A DNA stretch of 61,874 nucleotides, counting the filler, from a bacterium (lineage in GTDB: Bacteria; JAMORN01), in assembly GCA_027063545.1 (NCBI GenBank). It is 12 parts of 12 records of this genome, joined end to end, with 100 filler letters (N's around TTAATTAATTAA, not from the genome) between each part and the next. Parts side by side here need not be neighbours in the genome. Positions count along the whole stretch, not along the records: positions 1 to 16,896 come from JAMORN010000305.1; 11 more parts are not named here. One strand, written 5' to 3'. Under the pieces are notes generated by a model. It ran no database searches and was not told the origin of the DNA. It saw only the letters and a list, made by a program, of their open reading frames with translations. Each line of letters opens with the position of its first letter. Position 1 is the stretch's first letter. Shown here piece by piece: positions 1 through 10,605 of this stretch. A program made the position numbers and the translations under genes.

Positions 1-190
1 TATCCAATAATTTTAATTTATCTTCTCTTTTTACTATAGGGGTATATAATAAAAAGAAAACAGGTTGATTTGTCTTGAAAAATTCCACCATCTCTCTTAA
101 AAGATTTAATCCTTTATCCACTTTATTTTTATCTTCTAATGCTTTATAAAAACCTAAAGCATATCTTTTTGCTATAAGATTTTTTTCCAT
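1..190 (-). CDS. atpH: F-ATP synthase subunit delta, N-terminal part (cut by window edge)
   Basis: Read manually: MEKNLIAKRYALGFYKAL...LLYTPIVKREDKLKLLD; AKRYA motif; follows atpF. Confidence 0.85.
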   Translation of the reverse strand, partial: MEKNLIAKRYALGFYKALEDKNKVDKGLNLLREMVEFFKTNQPVFFLLYTPIVKREDKLKLLD

Positions 191-204
191 TTTCTAAAAC
201 TCCA

Positions 205-681
205 TTATTTCCACTTTTCTAAATACTCTTTTATAATTTTTTCTTGATTTATATTTTCTAAATTTTCCTTTATTAACTTTTCAGCAATAAAAGTAGATAA
301 AGAGATTACTTCTTTTATTAGTTCCTTTTTAGCTTCATTTATAATATGTTCTTTTTGCTCTTCAGCTTCTTTTAATATAGAAGATTTTAAATTTTCTGCA
401 TCCTCTAAAATCTTCTTTGCCTGTTCTCTTGCTTTTACTTCAGCATCTTCTATAATTTTTTTAGCTTCAAGTCTTGCTTCTCTTAGTTGTTCTTCCCTCT
501 TCTTTAATAATTCTTCAGCTTCTATCCTACTCTTCTCTGCTGTTTCCAAGTCATTTCTTATCTTTTCAGCCCTTTTATCTAAAAATTCAAGTAAAGGCTT
601 ATATAAAAATACATAGAGTATATACATTAATATCAAAAAGTTTATTATAGTCAAAACCATTGTCCAATTTAAAGACATCAT
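205..681 (-). CDS. atpF: F-ATP synthase subunit b
   Basis: N-terminal TM (TIINFLILMYILYVFLYKPL) then charged coiled coil; operon position. Confidence 0.95.
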   Translation of the reverse strand: MMSLNWTMVLTIINFLILMYILYVFLYKPLLEFLDKRAEKIRNDLETAEKSRIEAEELLKKREEQLREARLEAKKIIEDAEVKAREQAKKILEDAENLKSSILKEAEEQKEHIINEAKKELIKEVISLSTFIAEKLIKENLENINQEKIIKEYLEKWK

Positions 682-719
682 AGGACAAAACCTCTTTTAT
701 AATAATTTAAATATAAATA

Positions 720-995
<276 letters not shown>

Positions 996-1033
996 TTATA
1001 AAACTAATTTTTTGTTTTATATTTATTTGTTTA

Positions 1034-1999
1034 TTACTTTACTACAAATATTAATATAAAAGCTATAACCAAAGCATATGTACTTGTAGATTGGGCTACA
1101 GCTTGTCCTAAAAGCATTGTTCTCATTACAACAGGTGTTGCTTCAGGATTCTCAGAAACACCTTTCGCTGCACCTTGAGCTGCAGAACCAGAACCAATTC
1201 CTGGTCCAATAGCACCTGCTCCCATTGCTATACCTGCAGATAACATCGCAACAAATCTTACTAAATCGTTACCTTTATCACCTATGAATAAAAGAATAAA
1301 AGATACCAATAAAGCAAAAATAGTAGGTGTTTGAGCTACAGCTTGTCCCAATAACATTATTTTTAATAAATTTCCACTCTCCTCTATTTTTTTACCCATC
1401 CCTTTTATAGCATCCTCTGCAGCCATTCCTGTTCCTATACCTGAGCCTATAGAACCTAATCCTATAGAAATTCCTGCTCCAAGTAGTGCGCCTATAGTAA
1501 TTAAATCTCCTCCTGGAAAACTCATAAAAATTAATATTAAAGAGACAACTAATGCAAAAATTATAGGTGTTTGAACAACTGCCTGCCCAACAAGCATATT
1601 TGCTAAAAATGTATTATTAAAACGTGGTTGTCTTGCCGCAGCTTCACAAGCCGCCTTTCCTGCTAGTCCTGCTCCATAACCAGAACCTAATCCTCCAAGA
1701 CCTATAGCAATACCTGCTGATAGATAAGCAAATGCTTGATTTAAATCTGAAGGTGTTCCTATAAATACCAATATTATAGCTATAACTAATGCAAATATAG
1801 AAGCAGAACCTGTACCTGCTTGTCCTATTAACATTGTTTTAAAAATTTCATTATTAGCTCCTGGTTGTATAGAGATTCCTTTTACCCCATCCTCTGCAGA
1901 AAAGCCCATACCTATACCAGAACCTAATCCTCCTAATCCTATAGCAATACCAGCTCCTAAAAATTTTAAAAAATTACCCCAATCTCCTACCTCTACCAT
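1034..1999 (-). CDS. Four-hairpin (8 TM) c-subunit paralog lacking the ion-binding Glu in all repeats
   Basis: Four repeats ending GQAGTGSASIF / GQAVVQTPIIF / GQAVAQTPTIF / GQAVAQSTSTY align to [11 protein letters not shown] of AtpE. Confidence 0.9.
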   Translation of the reverse strand: MVEVGDWGNFLKFLGAGIAIGLGGLGSGIGMGFSAEDGVKGISIQPGANNEIFKTMLIGQAGTGSASIFALVIAIILVFIGTPSDLNQAFAYLSAGIAIGLGGLGSGYGAGLAGKAACEAAARQPRFNNTFLANMLVGQAVVQTPIIFALVVSLILIFMSFPGGDLITIGALLGAGISIGLGSIGSGIGTGMAAEDAIKGMGKKIEESGNLLKIMLLGQAVAQTPTIFALLVSFILLFIGDKGNDLVRFVAMLSAGIAMGAGAIGPGIGSGSAAQGAAKGVSENPEATPVVMRTMLLGQAVAQSTSTYALVIAFILIFVVK

Positions 2000-2898
2000 T
2001 ATAAATCCTCTTCATTTAAAGGTTTGTTTTCTTCTTCATCCGTTTCTATAACATCAGCTAACGCAACAGCTGTATAAGTTAAAGCTAACATTGAAAAAAC
2101 AAAAGCCTGTATTGTTCCAACAAATACTCCAAAAAACGCATTCAGAAGAGGTGGTAAAACAATATATCTTACTAAAGAAGAAACTACTATTATAATTATA
2201 GCACCTCCTAAAATATTTCCAAACAAACGGAAAGCCAAGGAAATACCTTTTGCTATTTCTCCTATAACATTTAAAGGAAATAAAAGAAATATAGGATCTG
2301 CATAGCTTTTTAAATATCCTCTTATACCAAACTCTTTAATCATAGAACCATGAACTACAAATATAACAATTAACATAAGACCCACTGGCACATTTAAATC
2401 TCTTGTTGGTTCCGCAAATTCAAGCCATTCCAAAAATGGTTTTCCATCAGGTGTTTTTACTATTTGCCAAAAACTTGGGAAAATTCCCATCATATTTGAA
2501 ATCCATATAAAAACAAACAAAGTTATTATTAAAGGAAAATATTTTCTACCTCTAGACTTTAATGTTGATTTTGTTAAATCATCAAAGAATTCTACTAAAA
2601 GTTCTGTCACACTTTGTAATCTTGTTGGAATATAATCTGAAAGTTCAACCTCTTGATTTTGAGAAAGTTTTTTTAGAACATTTTTCACTTTAAAACCAAT
2701 AATTAATCCTGGAATTAACATTATAAAAGATACTAACCACTCCATCAACATTGTATTAGCATGAAAAGATATTCCAAAGATAGACCATTTGTGATATTCT
2801 GTCCTTATAGAGATACCTGAGTCTTGATAAAAAAGAATCACTATAACAATCTCTAATAGAATTAAAAGAATAACTGGTATAAAAACCTTTTTTTTCAA
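1999..2898 (-). CDS. atpB: F-ATP synthase subunit a
   Basis: SLAFRLFGNI (essential Arg), IQAFVFSML; TTG start after AGGAGA. Confidence 0.95.
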   Translation of the reverse strand: MKKKVFIPVILLILLEIVIVILFYQDSGISIRTEYHKWSIFGISFHANTMLMEWLVSFIMLIPGLIIGFKVKNVLKKLSQNQEVELSDYIPTRLQSVTELLVEFFDDLTKSTLKSRGRKYFPLIITLFVFIWISNMMGIFPSFWQIVKTPDGKPFLEWLEFAEPTRDLNVPVGLMLIVIFVVHGSMIKEFGIRGYLKSYADPIFLLFPLNVIGEIAKGISLAFRLFGNILGGAIIIIVVSSLVRYIVLPPLLNAFFGVFVGTIQAFVFSMLALTYTAVALADVIETDEEENKPLNEEDL

Positions 2899-2934
2899 AG
2901 GATTTCTCCTTTTTTATTAAAATTTAAAATTATG

Positions 2935-3372
2935 TTAATTTAACTTTTTTATAAAAAAGCTTAAAAAATTTATTCCTATCTGATAAAGAACTACACCTAC
3001 GAAGACCCCCAAATCTAAACCATACTTTTTTATTAATAAAATAAATATAAAAATTATTGTTAAAAATCTCAAAAAATTTCTTACAAAAAATACATTTTTT
3101 TTTCTTGTCTCTATATAATTAAAAACATCATTAGCTAAAAGAAAAATATTAATATTTCCTACTATAATTCCTAAAATAATCCCTTTTATTGTTAAAGGAA
3201 AATTTGTTTTTAGAGAAAGTATTTCTATTATAGAAAAAATCAATAATGATGTTATAAAACTAAATATTGATAGAAAAAAACTTACCTTTAAGGTAAAAAT
3301 AAAAGCTTTTTTCTTGTTAAAGTCTTTATTAGTATAAACGTTATCTATATTATTTATAAAAAAATCTACCAT
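2935..3372 (-). CDS. atpI: AtpI-like membrane protein
   Basis: About 4 hydrophobic segments, FLRF motif, directly upstream of atpB. Confidence 0.65.
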   Translation of the reverse strand: MVDFFINNIDNVYTNKDFNKKKAFIFTLKVSFFLSIFSFITSLLIFSIIEILSLKTNFPLTIKGIILGIIVGNINIFLLANDVFNYIETRKKNVFFVRNFLRFLTIIFIFILLIKKYGLDLGVFVGVVLYQIGINFLSFFIKKLN

Positions 3373-3377
3373 AATAT

Positions 3378-3749
3378 TTATTTGGTATTAAATGTTTTTT
3401 CTACTTCCTGAGGATTTTCTATCATCTTACAAAAACCATTAAAAATAGCCTTTTCATTAATTATTAATTCTCTAGTTTTTAAATCACCAATTAAGACAGC
3501 CTTTTCTTCTATTTCCATTTTGTTTTTTATTGTAACATTTCCTGTTATCTTTCCTGCTAAAACACAATTATCAGCTTCTACTTCTGCTTCTATAATACCT
3601 GTTTTTCCTATAGTTAAATTTCCTTTTACAACCAATTTTCCTTTAAGTCTTCCATCTATTCTTATATTTCCTTCTACTTCTATAGTTCCTTCTATAAAAG
3701 TCTTTTCAGCAATTAATGTATACTCCATATTATTATTTTTTATTGGCAT
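3378..3749 (-). CDS. Bactofilin (polymer-forming cytoskeletal protein)
   Basis: TLIAEKTFIEGTI-EGNIRIDGRLKG-LTIGKTGIIEAEV beta-helix repeats. Confidence 0.9.
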   Translation of the reverse strand: MPIKNNNMEYTLIAEKTFIEGTIEVEGNIRIDGRLKGKLVVKGNLTIGKTGIIEAEVEADNCVLAGKITGNVTIKNKMEIEEKAVLIGDLKTRELIINEKAIFNGFCKMIENPQEVEKTFNTK

Positions 3750-4525
3750 TAACCTTCTCCTTTCATTTTTTTTGTTGATTTTATAAAGTCTAATGGTGAT
3801 ATATTTTTATTATCTTTTAAAATTTCATAATGTAAATGGGAACCTGTTGTTACACCTGTTTTTCCAACAAGTCCTATAATCTGACCTTTCTTAACCTTTT
3901 CTCCTTCTTTAACAAAGATTTTATCACAATGAGCATATTTTGTTTTAAATCCATAATCATGTTGTATGACTATATATTTACCAAAATAATCAGAATAACC
4001 CACAGATACTACAATACCATCAGCTGTTGCATAAAAAGGTGTTCCTTCTTTTGCTGTAATATCTATACCTAAATGTTTTCCTTCTATAAAATCTGCAGAA
4101 ATCCAGCCTTGTAAAGGGAGAATATTAGGTATTTTATTATATAATAATTTTGAAGATTCTAAATCTGCAAAAAAATCTTGGTCATTACCATTTAATAAAC
4201 TTTTTATATCTATTTTTTTTGTTGTAGATATATTTAATATCTTTCTTAACTTTCTTTCAATATTTTTTATTTTTATAATGTTCTTTTTTAAAATATAAAG
4301 TTCTTCTAAATTTTCTTTTAATTCTAAATTTTCAACCTTTAAATTCATATATCTATTATATAAATAAAAAAATGTTCCATAAAAAAATGTAGAAAAAATA
4401 AAAAGAGAAAATATTAGTAATATTAAACTAATAAAAAAGTAAAAACGAAATTTTGTTATAAAAAATGTCTTTACTTCTCCACCATCTTCTGGCATTATTT
4501 GGATTATAAATTTTTTACTCTTCAT
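3749..4525 (-). CDS. M23 family peptidase with N-terminal TM and coiled coil
   Basis: HLGID (HxxxD), YAH and HLH zinc motifs. Confidence 0.9.
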   Translation of the reverse strand: MKSKKFIIQIMPEDGGEVKTFFITKFRFYFFISLILLIFSLFIFSTFFYGTFFYLYNRYMNLKVENLELKENLEELYILKKNIIKIKNIERKLRKILNISTTKKIDIKSLLNGNDQDFFADLESSKLLYNKIPNILPLQGWISADFIEGKHLGIDITAKEGTPFYATADGIVVSVGYSDYFGKYIVIQHDYGFKTKYAHCDKIFVKEGEKVKKGQIIGLVGKTGVTTGSHLHYEILKDNKNISPLDFIKSTKKMKGEG

Positions 4526-5414
4526 TTTTATCTAAATCCTTAAATATTTTTGAGATATCGTCTTCTGAAATTATAAAAGAAATCTTTAGTCCTTTCTTTG
4601 TTTTTTCTAATTTTAATTTTTTTATTTCTGGATAATTATTTTCAATTTTATTTTTAATTTCATTTAAAAAAGTATTATCCTCTATATTTTTTATCTTTTT
4701 TCCTTTATTTTTTATATTTCTTACTAAATTCTCTACTTCTCTTGCGGTTAGATTCTTTTTTACAATCTGAGAATATATACTTTCCATTTCTTTTTCAGAT
4801 AATGTAATAATAGGCTTTATTTGGCCCATAGAAACTTTTTTTTCTAATAAATCTTTCTTTATATAATCAGGTAATTTTGTTAATCTAATATAGTTCGTGA
4901 CAGAGGCTCTTGAAATTCCTATTAAATTTGCTATTTCCTCATCTTTTAATTTAAATTTTTCTTTTAATTTTTTAAAAGATTCTCCTTTTTCAATATCTGT
5001 TAAATCAACCCTTTGAAGATTTTCAACAATACTTAAGAGAAAAAGACCTTTATCATCTATTTCTAAAATTCTCGCTGGAATTGTCTCTTTCCCTAAATAT
5101 TCAAAAGCTCTAAGTCTTCTTTCTCCACTTATTAATATATATTTATCTTCATCTTTTTTTACCACAATTGGATTTATTAATCCATTTTTTTCTATAGAAT
5201 TTGCTAGTTCAACTATTTCTTCTTCTTTAAAAATTTTCCTTGGTTGATAAGGATTTGGTGTTATCTTATTGATTTCTATCTCTATTATCTTTCCTTTATC
5301 TATAGAAATATTTTCATTTTCTTGTCTAGAAATAATGTTTAATATATCGTCTGAAGATCCTCCAAAAAGCTCCTCTATTCTTTTTTTATTTAATCCTTTA
5401 TTATTTTTTCCCAT
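4515..5414 (-). CDS. parB: Chromosome partitioning protein ParB
   Basis: NPYQPR, GERRLRA, ENLQR, HTH. Confidence 0.95.
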   Translation of the reverse strand: MGKNNKGLNKKRIEELFGGSSDDILNIISRQENENISIDKGKIIEIEINKITPNPYQPRKIFKEEEIVELANSIEKNGLINPIVVKKDEDKYILISGERRLRAFEYLGKETIPARILEIDDKGLFLLSIVENLQRVDLTDIEKGESFKKLKEKFKLKDEEIANLIGISRASVTNYIRLTKLPDYIKKDLLEKKVSMGQIKPIITLSEKEMESIYSQIVKKNLTAREVENLVRNIKNKGKKIKNIEDNTFLNEIKNKIENNYPEIKKLKLEKTKKGLKISFIISEDDISKIFKDLDKNEE

Positions 5415-5423
5415 AATATTATC

Positions 5424-6224
5424 CTATTTTTTATAATCTCTATTTCTTCTTAAAAATTCTTTTGCTAATTTCATATAACTTTCAGCTCCCGTTGATAAAA
5501 TATCGTATAAAATAATAGGTTTTCCATGACTAGGTGCTTCTGCAAGTCTAACATTTTTTGGTATAATAGTATTATAAACTTTATCTCCAAACCATTCTTT
5601 TATTTCATTAGCTACCTGTTTTGCCAATTTTACTCTAGAATCAAACATCGTCAAAAGTATGCCTTCAATTGTTAATTTTTTATTTAATCTTTTTTGTATA
5701 ATTTTAATAGTATTTAAAAGATCAGCTAAACCCTCTAATGCAAAATACTCTGTTTGTATTGGAATTAAAACACTATCAGATGCTACAAAAGAATTTACAG
5801 TTAAAAGTCCTAATGATGGGGGACAATCTATAAAAATATAATCATATATATCTTTTAATCTATCTATATGTATCTTTAATTTCATTTCCCTTCCAAAAAC
5901 AGATGCTAACTCTATTTCTGCTCCTGCTAAATCACTCTCAGAAGGAATAACATCTAAATATTTTAGTTTTGTTTTTCTTATATAAGGAGAATAATCTTCT
6001 ATATCTTCTTCATCTGTTAATAATAAATCATATATTGTTGGTTCATTATTTTCTTTTATTTCTTTTTTATTTAAACCTAATCCTGAGGTAGTATTTGCTT
6101 GGGGATCAATATCAATAACCAATACTTTCTTTTCTAAAGCACTAATACAAGCACTTAAATTTATTGCTGTTGTAGTTTTACCAACACCACCTTTTTGATT
6201 TGCAATACTTACCACTTTTCCCAT
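5424..6224 (-). CDS. parA: Chromosome partitioning ATPase ParA/Soj
   Basis: NQKGGVGKTTT, DIDPQAN, DCPPSLG, EAPSHG. Confidence 0.95.
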   Translation of the reverse strand: MGKVVSIANQKGGVGKTTTAINLSACISALEKKVLVIDIDPQANTTSGLGLNKKEIKENNEPTIYDLLLTDEEDIEDYSPYIRKTKLKYLDVIPSESDLAGAEIELASVFGREMKLKIHIDRLKDIYDYIFIDCPPSLGLLTVNSFVASDSVLIPIQTEYFALEGLADLLNTIKIIQKRLNKKLTIEGILLTMFDSRVKLAKQVANEIKEWFGDKVYNTIIPKNVRLAEAPSHGKPIILYDILSTGAESYMKLAKEFLRRNRDYKK

Positions 6225-6853
6225 AAATCTTCCTCTGATAAAAGTTCTTCCCTTAACTTTATAATATAATGTCTAACATTATAAATAGGCAAAAGATAAT
6301 CAGCAAAAATATCTTTTTTTTCTCCCACTTTATAGTTAGAAAAATAATAACATTTTTTCTGTTTTACAAACTCTATTATATTATTTTTAATCTTATATGG
6401 ATTAACCCCTTTTAAAATAATAAAATAATTATCTTTAAAAAAATCATTACTAAATTCTTTATTTTCTATATTAAGATTATCTAAACTTAATTTTCTTTTT
6501 AAAAGATTTAAAAATATTGATTTTTTTTCTCTTTTTTCAAATAACTTTACCTCTATTTCTGGATAGAGAATGGAAAAAATAACTCCGGGAAGACCATTTC
6601 CACTTCCCACATCTATAACGTTATAAGATGTTTTCTCTAAAAAATCTTCAAATTTCAAAGCACCAAAAATACTATCTAAAAAATGTTTTATTATTAATGC
6701 ACTTCTTTTTCTAGTAAAAAGATTTATAGTTTTATTATACTCTATTAACATATCAAAATATTTAAAAAACAATTCTATCTGTTTTTCTTCGAAATAAGTC
6801 TCTATAATTTCTTTAAACTTCTTATATTCTCTTGAAATTTTTATTTCATACAT
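6209..6853 (-). CDS. rsmG: 16S rRNA m7G527 methyltransferase
   Basis: HFLDS, DVGSGNGLPG; lies between mnmG and parA. Confidence 0.85.
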   Translation of the reverse strand: MYEIKISREYKKFKEIIETYFEEKQIELFFKYFDMLIEYNKTINLFTRKRSALIIKHFLDSIFGALKFEDFLEKTSYNVIDVGSGNGLPGVIFSILYPEIEVKLFEKREKKSIFLNLLKRKLSLDNLNIENKEFSNDFFKDNYFIILKGVNPYKIKNNIIEFVKQKKCYYFSNYKVGEKKDIFADYLLPIYNVRHYIIKLREELLSEEDLWEKW

Positions 6854-6865
6854 AATATTTTCCTT

Positions 6866-7324
6866 TTATGTTTCATGTGAAACACTTTTTAATTTTTCTA
6901 AAACCTTTTCAACGTGTCCATTAACCCTTACATTTTTCCATTCTTTTACTATTTCTCCTTCTGGAGAAATTAAAAATGTAGATCTAATTATTCCTTCATA
7001 TTCTTTTCCATATCTCTTTTTTATACCCCATGCTCCAAATTTTTTAATAATTTCTTTAGAAGTATCACTTAGTAAAATGATTTTTAAATCATGTTTTTCT
7101 ATAAATTTTTTATGGCTTTGTGGAGAATCTGCACTTATACCTATAATAACAGCATTTAATTTTTTAAACTCATCCAACTTTTCTGAAAAGTCCTTAGCTT
7201 CTCTAGTACAACCTGATGTGTTATCTTTGGGGTAAAAATATAAAACAATCCATTTTCCTCTAAAATCATTTAAACAAACATTTTTTTCTTCATAATCTGG
7301 AAGACAGAAGTCTATATTCTCCAT
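6866..7324 (-). CDS. bcp: Peroxiredoxin Bcp/PrxQ
   Basis: YFYPKDNTSGCTREA, RSTFLI. Confidence 0.9.
   Translation of the reverse strand: MENIDFCLPDYEEKNVCLNDFRGKWIVLYFYPKDNTSGCTREAKDFSEKLDEFKKLNAVIIGISADSPQSHKKFIEKHDLKIILLSDTSKEIIKKFGAWGIKKRYGKEYEGIIRSTFLISPEGEIVKEWKNVRVNGHVEKVLEKLKSVSHET
6869..6884. promoter_or_regulatory. parS centromere site
   Basis: TGTTTCATGTGAAACA, one mismatch to consensus TGTTTCACGTGAAACA; near parAB. Confidence 0.9.
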
Positions 7325-7345
7325 TTTAAAACTCTTTTTTTTAAT

Positions 7346-9208
7346 TTAAATATATTTATTTTTCTTTAAATAAACTAAAAGAACCTGAATATCTGCTGGT
7401 GTTACTCCATCAATTCTTGAAGCTTGACCTAAATTTATCGGTCTAATTTTTTGAAGCTTTTCCTTTGCTTCATTTAAAAGTCCATCTATTTTTGTATAAT
7501 CTATATCATCAGGAAGTTTTATATTTTCATATATTTTGAATTTCTCAATTCTTTCTTTTTCTTTTTTTATATAACCTTCATACTTTATTTCAACTTCTAC
7601 TTTTGTTTTTACAAGTTTATTAAAATATTCTTTTATGTTTTCTATTTTTAAAATATCATCTATAGAAATTTCTGGTCTTTTCAAAAACTCTTTATATTTA
7701 ATTTTTTGTTTTAATTTTGGCTTTTCTTTTTCTTCTAAAATTAAATTTACCTTTTCTATATTAACAGATGTCTTTGATAAAAATTCTTTAAGTTTATAAG
7801 CTTTCCAAAGATTATCTAAAACTATATCTATCTCTTCTTTTGTTAAAAATCTATGTTCTTTTGAATATTTAAGAAGTCTTTTATCTACATTATCTATTCT
7901 TAAATTAAGTCTATATTCTGCTCTTGATGTAAACATTCTATATGGCTCTGTTATCTCTTTTGATACTATTTCATCTATAAGAATACCTATATAACTCTCA
8001 CTTCTATCTAATATAAAAGGTTCTTTTCCCATAATTTTAAAAGCTGCATTTATACCTGCAATTAATCCTTGAGCTGCTGCCTCTTCATATCCTGAGGTTC
8101 CATTTATCTGTCCTGCAACATAAAGATTTTTTACTTTTTTTGTTTCAAGGGTATGCTTTATTTGAAATGGTTCTAAACAATCATATTCTATAGCATAAGC
8201 AGGTTTTAAAATCTTAGCATTTTCAAGTCCTGGTATTGTTCTCATAGCTTCTTCAATTATATGTTCAGGAAGAGAAGAAGAAAAACCATTTAAATAATAT
8301 TCATCTAAAAATATACTTTCTGGTTCTACAAATATATGATGTCTATTTCTTTCTGGAAAATTCTTCAATTTATCTTCAATAGAAGGACAATATCTAGGAC
8401 TAGAGGCTTTTATTAGACCTGTAAATAAAGGAGAATAAGCAAAACCTTTTCTTAAAATCTTATGAGTTTCTTCATTGGTATGAGTAAGATAACATGGTAT
8501 ATTATATTTTGATTTTTCCTTTTCAAAAAAGGAAAAATACCAAGGATCTTCATCTCCTGGTTGTATTTCCATTTTAGAAAAATCTATAGAATGTCCAGCA
8601 ACTCTCGGTGGGGTTCCTGTTTTAAATCTTCTTAATTTTATTCCTGCATCTATTAAAGACTTTGATATACCTTCTGCTGATGAATCATTATCCCTTCCAC
8701 CAGCCCATTTTCTTAATCCTATAAAAAGTCTTCCTTTCATAAATGTTCCTGTAGTTAAAATTACTGCTTTAGCATAAAACTCTGTCCCTGTTTGAGTCCT
8801 AACACCATAAACTTCACCATTCTTTACTAAAATTTCTTCAACCATTGCCTGATAAACATCTAAATAATCCATATTTTGAATTACTTTTTTCATCTCAACT
8901 TTATAAAGCATTTTATCGCTTTGACATCTTGGACTCCAAACAGCAGGACCTTTTGATCTATTTAATAACTTAAATTGTAATGCTGTTTTATCAGCAATTC
9001 TTCCCATTAAACCACCAAGCATATCTATTTCCATAACTATCTGACCTTTAGCAACACCTCCTATAGAAGGATTACATGACATATGAGCAATATTATCTAG
9101 ATTTGAAGTTAAAAGAAGCGTTTCCATTTTAAGACGAGCTGCAATATTTGCTGCTTCAATACCTGCATGTCCGGCGCCAACTACTATTATATCATAATTT
9201 TTTTTCAT
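7346..9208 (-). CDS. mnmG: tRNA uridine-5-carboxymethylaminomethyl synthesis enzyme MnmG (GidA)
   Basis: [38 protein letters not shown]. Confidence 0.97.
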   Translation of the reverse strand: MKKNYDIIVVGAGHAGIEAANIAARLKMETLLLTSNLDNIAHMSCNPSIGGVAKGQIVMEIDMLGGLMGRIADKTALQFKLLNRSKGPAVWSPRCQSDKMLYKVEMKKVIQNMDYLDVYQAMVEEILVKNGEVYGVRTQTGTEFYAKAVILTTGTFMKGRLFIGLRKWAGGRDNDSSAEGISKSLIDAGIKLRRFKTGTPPRVAGHSIDFSKMEIQPGDEDPWYFSFFEKEKSKYNIPCYLTHTNEETHKILRKGFAYSPLFTGLIKASSPRYCPSIEDKLKNFPERNRHHIFVEPESIFLDEYYLNGFSSSLPEHIIEEAMRTIPGLENAKILKPAYAIEYDCLEPFQIKHTLETKKVKNLYVAGQINGTSGYEEAAAQGLIAGINAAFKIMGKEPFILDRSESYIGILIDEIVSKEITEPYRMFTSRAEYRLNLRIDNVDKRLLKYSKEHRFLTKEEIDIVLDNLWKAYKLKEFLSKTSVNIEKVNLILEEKEKPKLKQKIKYKEFLKRPEISIDDILKIENIKEYFNKLVKTKVEVEIKYEGYIKKEKERIEKFKIYENIKLPDDIDYTKIDGLLNEAKEKLQKIRPINLGQASRIDGVTPADIQVLLVYLKKNKYI

Positions 9209-9212
9209 AACA

Positions 9213-10586
9213 CTATTTTCCTATACAAAAATTTGAAAATATTTTATCTAATATATCCTCATCTGTAATTCTTCCATAAAGTTCATCAAATAAAGATAAA
9301 ATATTTCTAATATGATAAGCTATTAAATCTGATGTTAAAATATTAAAGTTTTCCTTTAATTCTAAAATTTCTTTTTTTATATCCTCAAGTATTGACTTAT
9401 GTCTAAGATTATACAAATTAAAATCCTCTTTTAAAACATCCTTATAGTGTTTTAATATATTTTCTTTTATAAAATTTATAAGTTTTTCTCTATCTTCCTC
9501 TTTTATTGCTGAAATTTTTACATAAGGATTTTTAAAGTTTATTTTACTATTTTCTTTATATAAGTCTAGTTTATTATAAACATATAAAACTTTTATATCT
9601 TTATCTTTTAAAATTTCATCTATATATAAATCATTTTCATCTTCATCTCTTGATAAATCTTTAACTACTAAAACAAAATCTGCATATTCTAACTCTTTTA
9701 ATGTTTTTTCTATTCCTATTTTTTCAATTTCATCTTCTGTTCTTCTTATACCTGCAGTATCTAAAATTGTTATCTTTATACCATCAATGTAAAAACTATC
9801 CTCAATTATATCGCGGGTTGTTCCTTCTTTATGAAAAACTATAGCCTTTTCTTTTTTTAATAATAGGTTCATTATTGAAGATTTTCCTACATTTGGTTTT
9901 CCTATAATTAACATATTAAAGCCTTTATCTAAATTATTTAAACTTATAATATATTCTATATTTTTATCAATATTTTTTTCTATTTCTGAAATTAGATTTA
10001 AAAGTTCATCTTTATTTAAATACTCATTTTCTTCCTCTTCAAAATCAACAATAGCCTCAATATTATATAAAATATTAATAAGCTTTTCTCTTAATTTATA
10101 TAATACATCTTCTTTCAATTCTTTATTTAAAACTTTTAAATATTTTTTGTATGTAAGTTCGTTGGATGAAGATATAAGTTTTTCAATAGATTCTGCTTGA
10201 AGAAGCTCTATCTTTCCATTTAAAAAAGCCCTTTGTGTAAATTCTCCAGGTTTTGCTAGCCTTGCTCCTTTTTTTAATAATAATTCTAATATTCTATTAG
10301 AAATAAAATCTCCTCCATGTGTATGAATCTCAAAAGAATCTTCTCCTGTATATGAATTAGGCTCTTTAAAGAAAAAAACAATAACATCATCTAAAACTTC
10401 ATTATTTTCATCTATTATTTTTGTATAATAAACTTTTCTTGGTGATATTATCTTTTCTGGATTTATTACAATACTTTTTAATAAATCAATACTTCCTTTT
10501 CCTGAAACTCTTATAACAGCAATAGCACCAACACCTTTTGGGGTTGCTATTGCTGTTATTATATCTTCTTTATATAGTTTTTTCAT
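9213..10586 (-). CDS. mnmE: tRNA modification GTPase MnmE (TrmE)
   Basis: [23 protein letters not shown]-terminal FCIGK. Confidence 0.97.
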   Translation of the reverse strand: MKKLYKEDIITAIATPKGVGAIAVIRVSGKGSIDLLKSIVINPEKIISPRKVYYTKIIDENNEVLDDVIVFFFKEPNSYTGEDSFEIHTHGGDFISNRILELLLKKGARLAKPGEFTQRAFLNGKIELLQAESIEKLISSSNELTYKKYLKVLNKELKEDVLYKLREKLINILYNIEAIVDFEEEENEYLNKDELLNLISEIEKNIDKNIEYIISLNNLDKGFNMLIIGKPNVGKSSIMNLLLKKEKAIVFHKEGTTRDIIEDSFYIDGIKITILDTAGIRRTEDEIEKIGIEKTLKELEYADFVLVVKDLSRDEDENDLYIDEILKDKDIKVLYVYNKLDLYKENSKINFKNPYVKISAIKEEDREKLINFIKENILKHYKDVLKEDFNLYNLRHKSILEDIKKEILELKENFNILTSDLIAYHIRNILSLFDELYGRITDEDILDKIFSNFCIGK

Positions 10587-10588
10587 AA

Positions 10589-10604
10589 TGTTTCACATGA
10601 AACA
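10589..10604. promoter_or_regulatory. parS centromere site
   Basis: TGTTTCACATGAAACA, one mismatch to consensus; fills the yidC-mnmE gap. Confidence 0.9.
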
Positions 10605-10605
10605 T

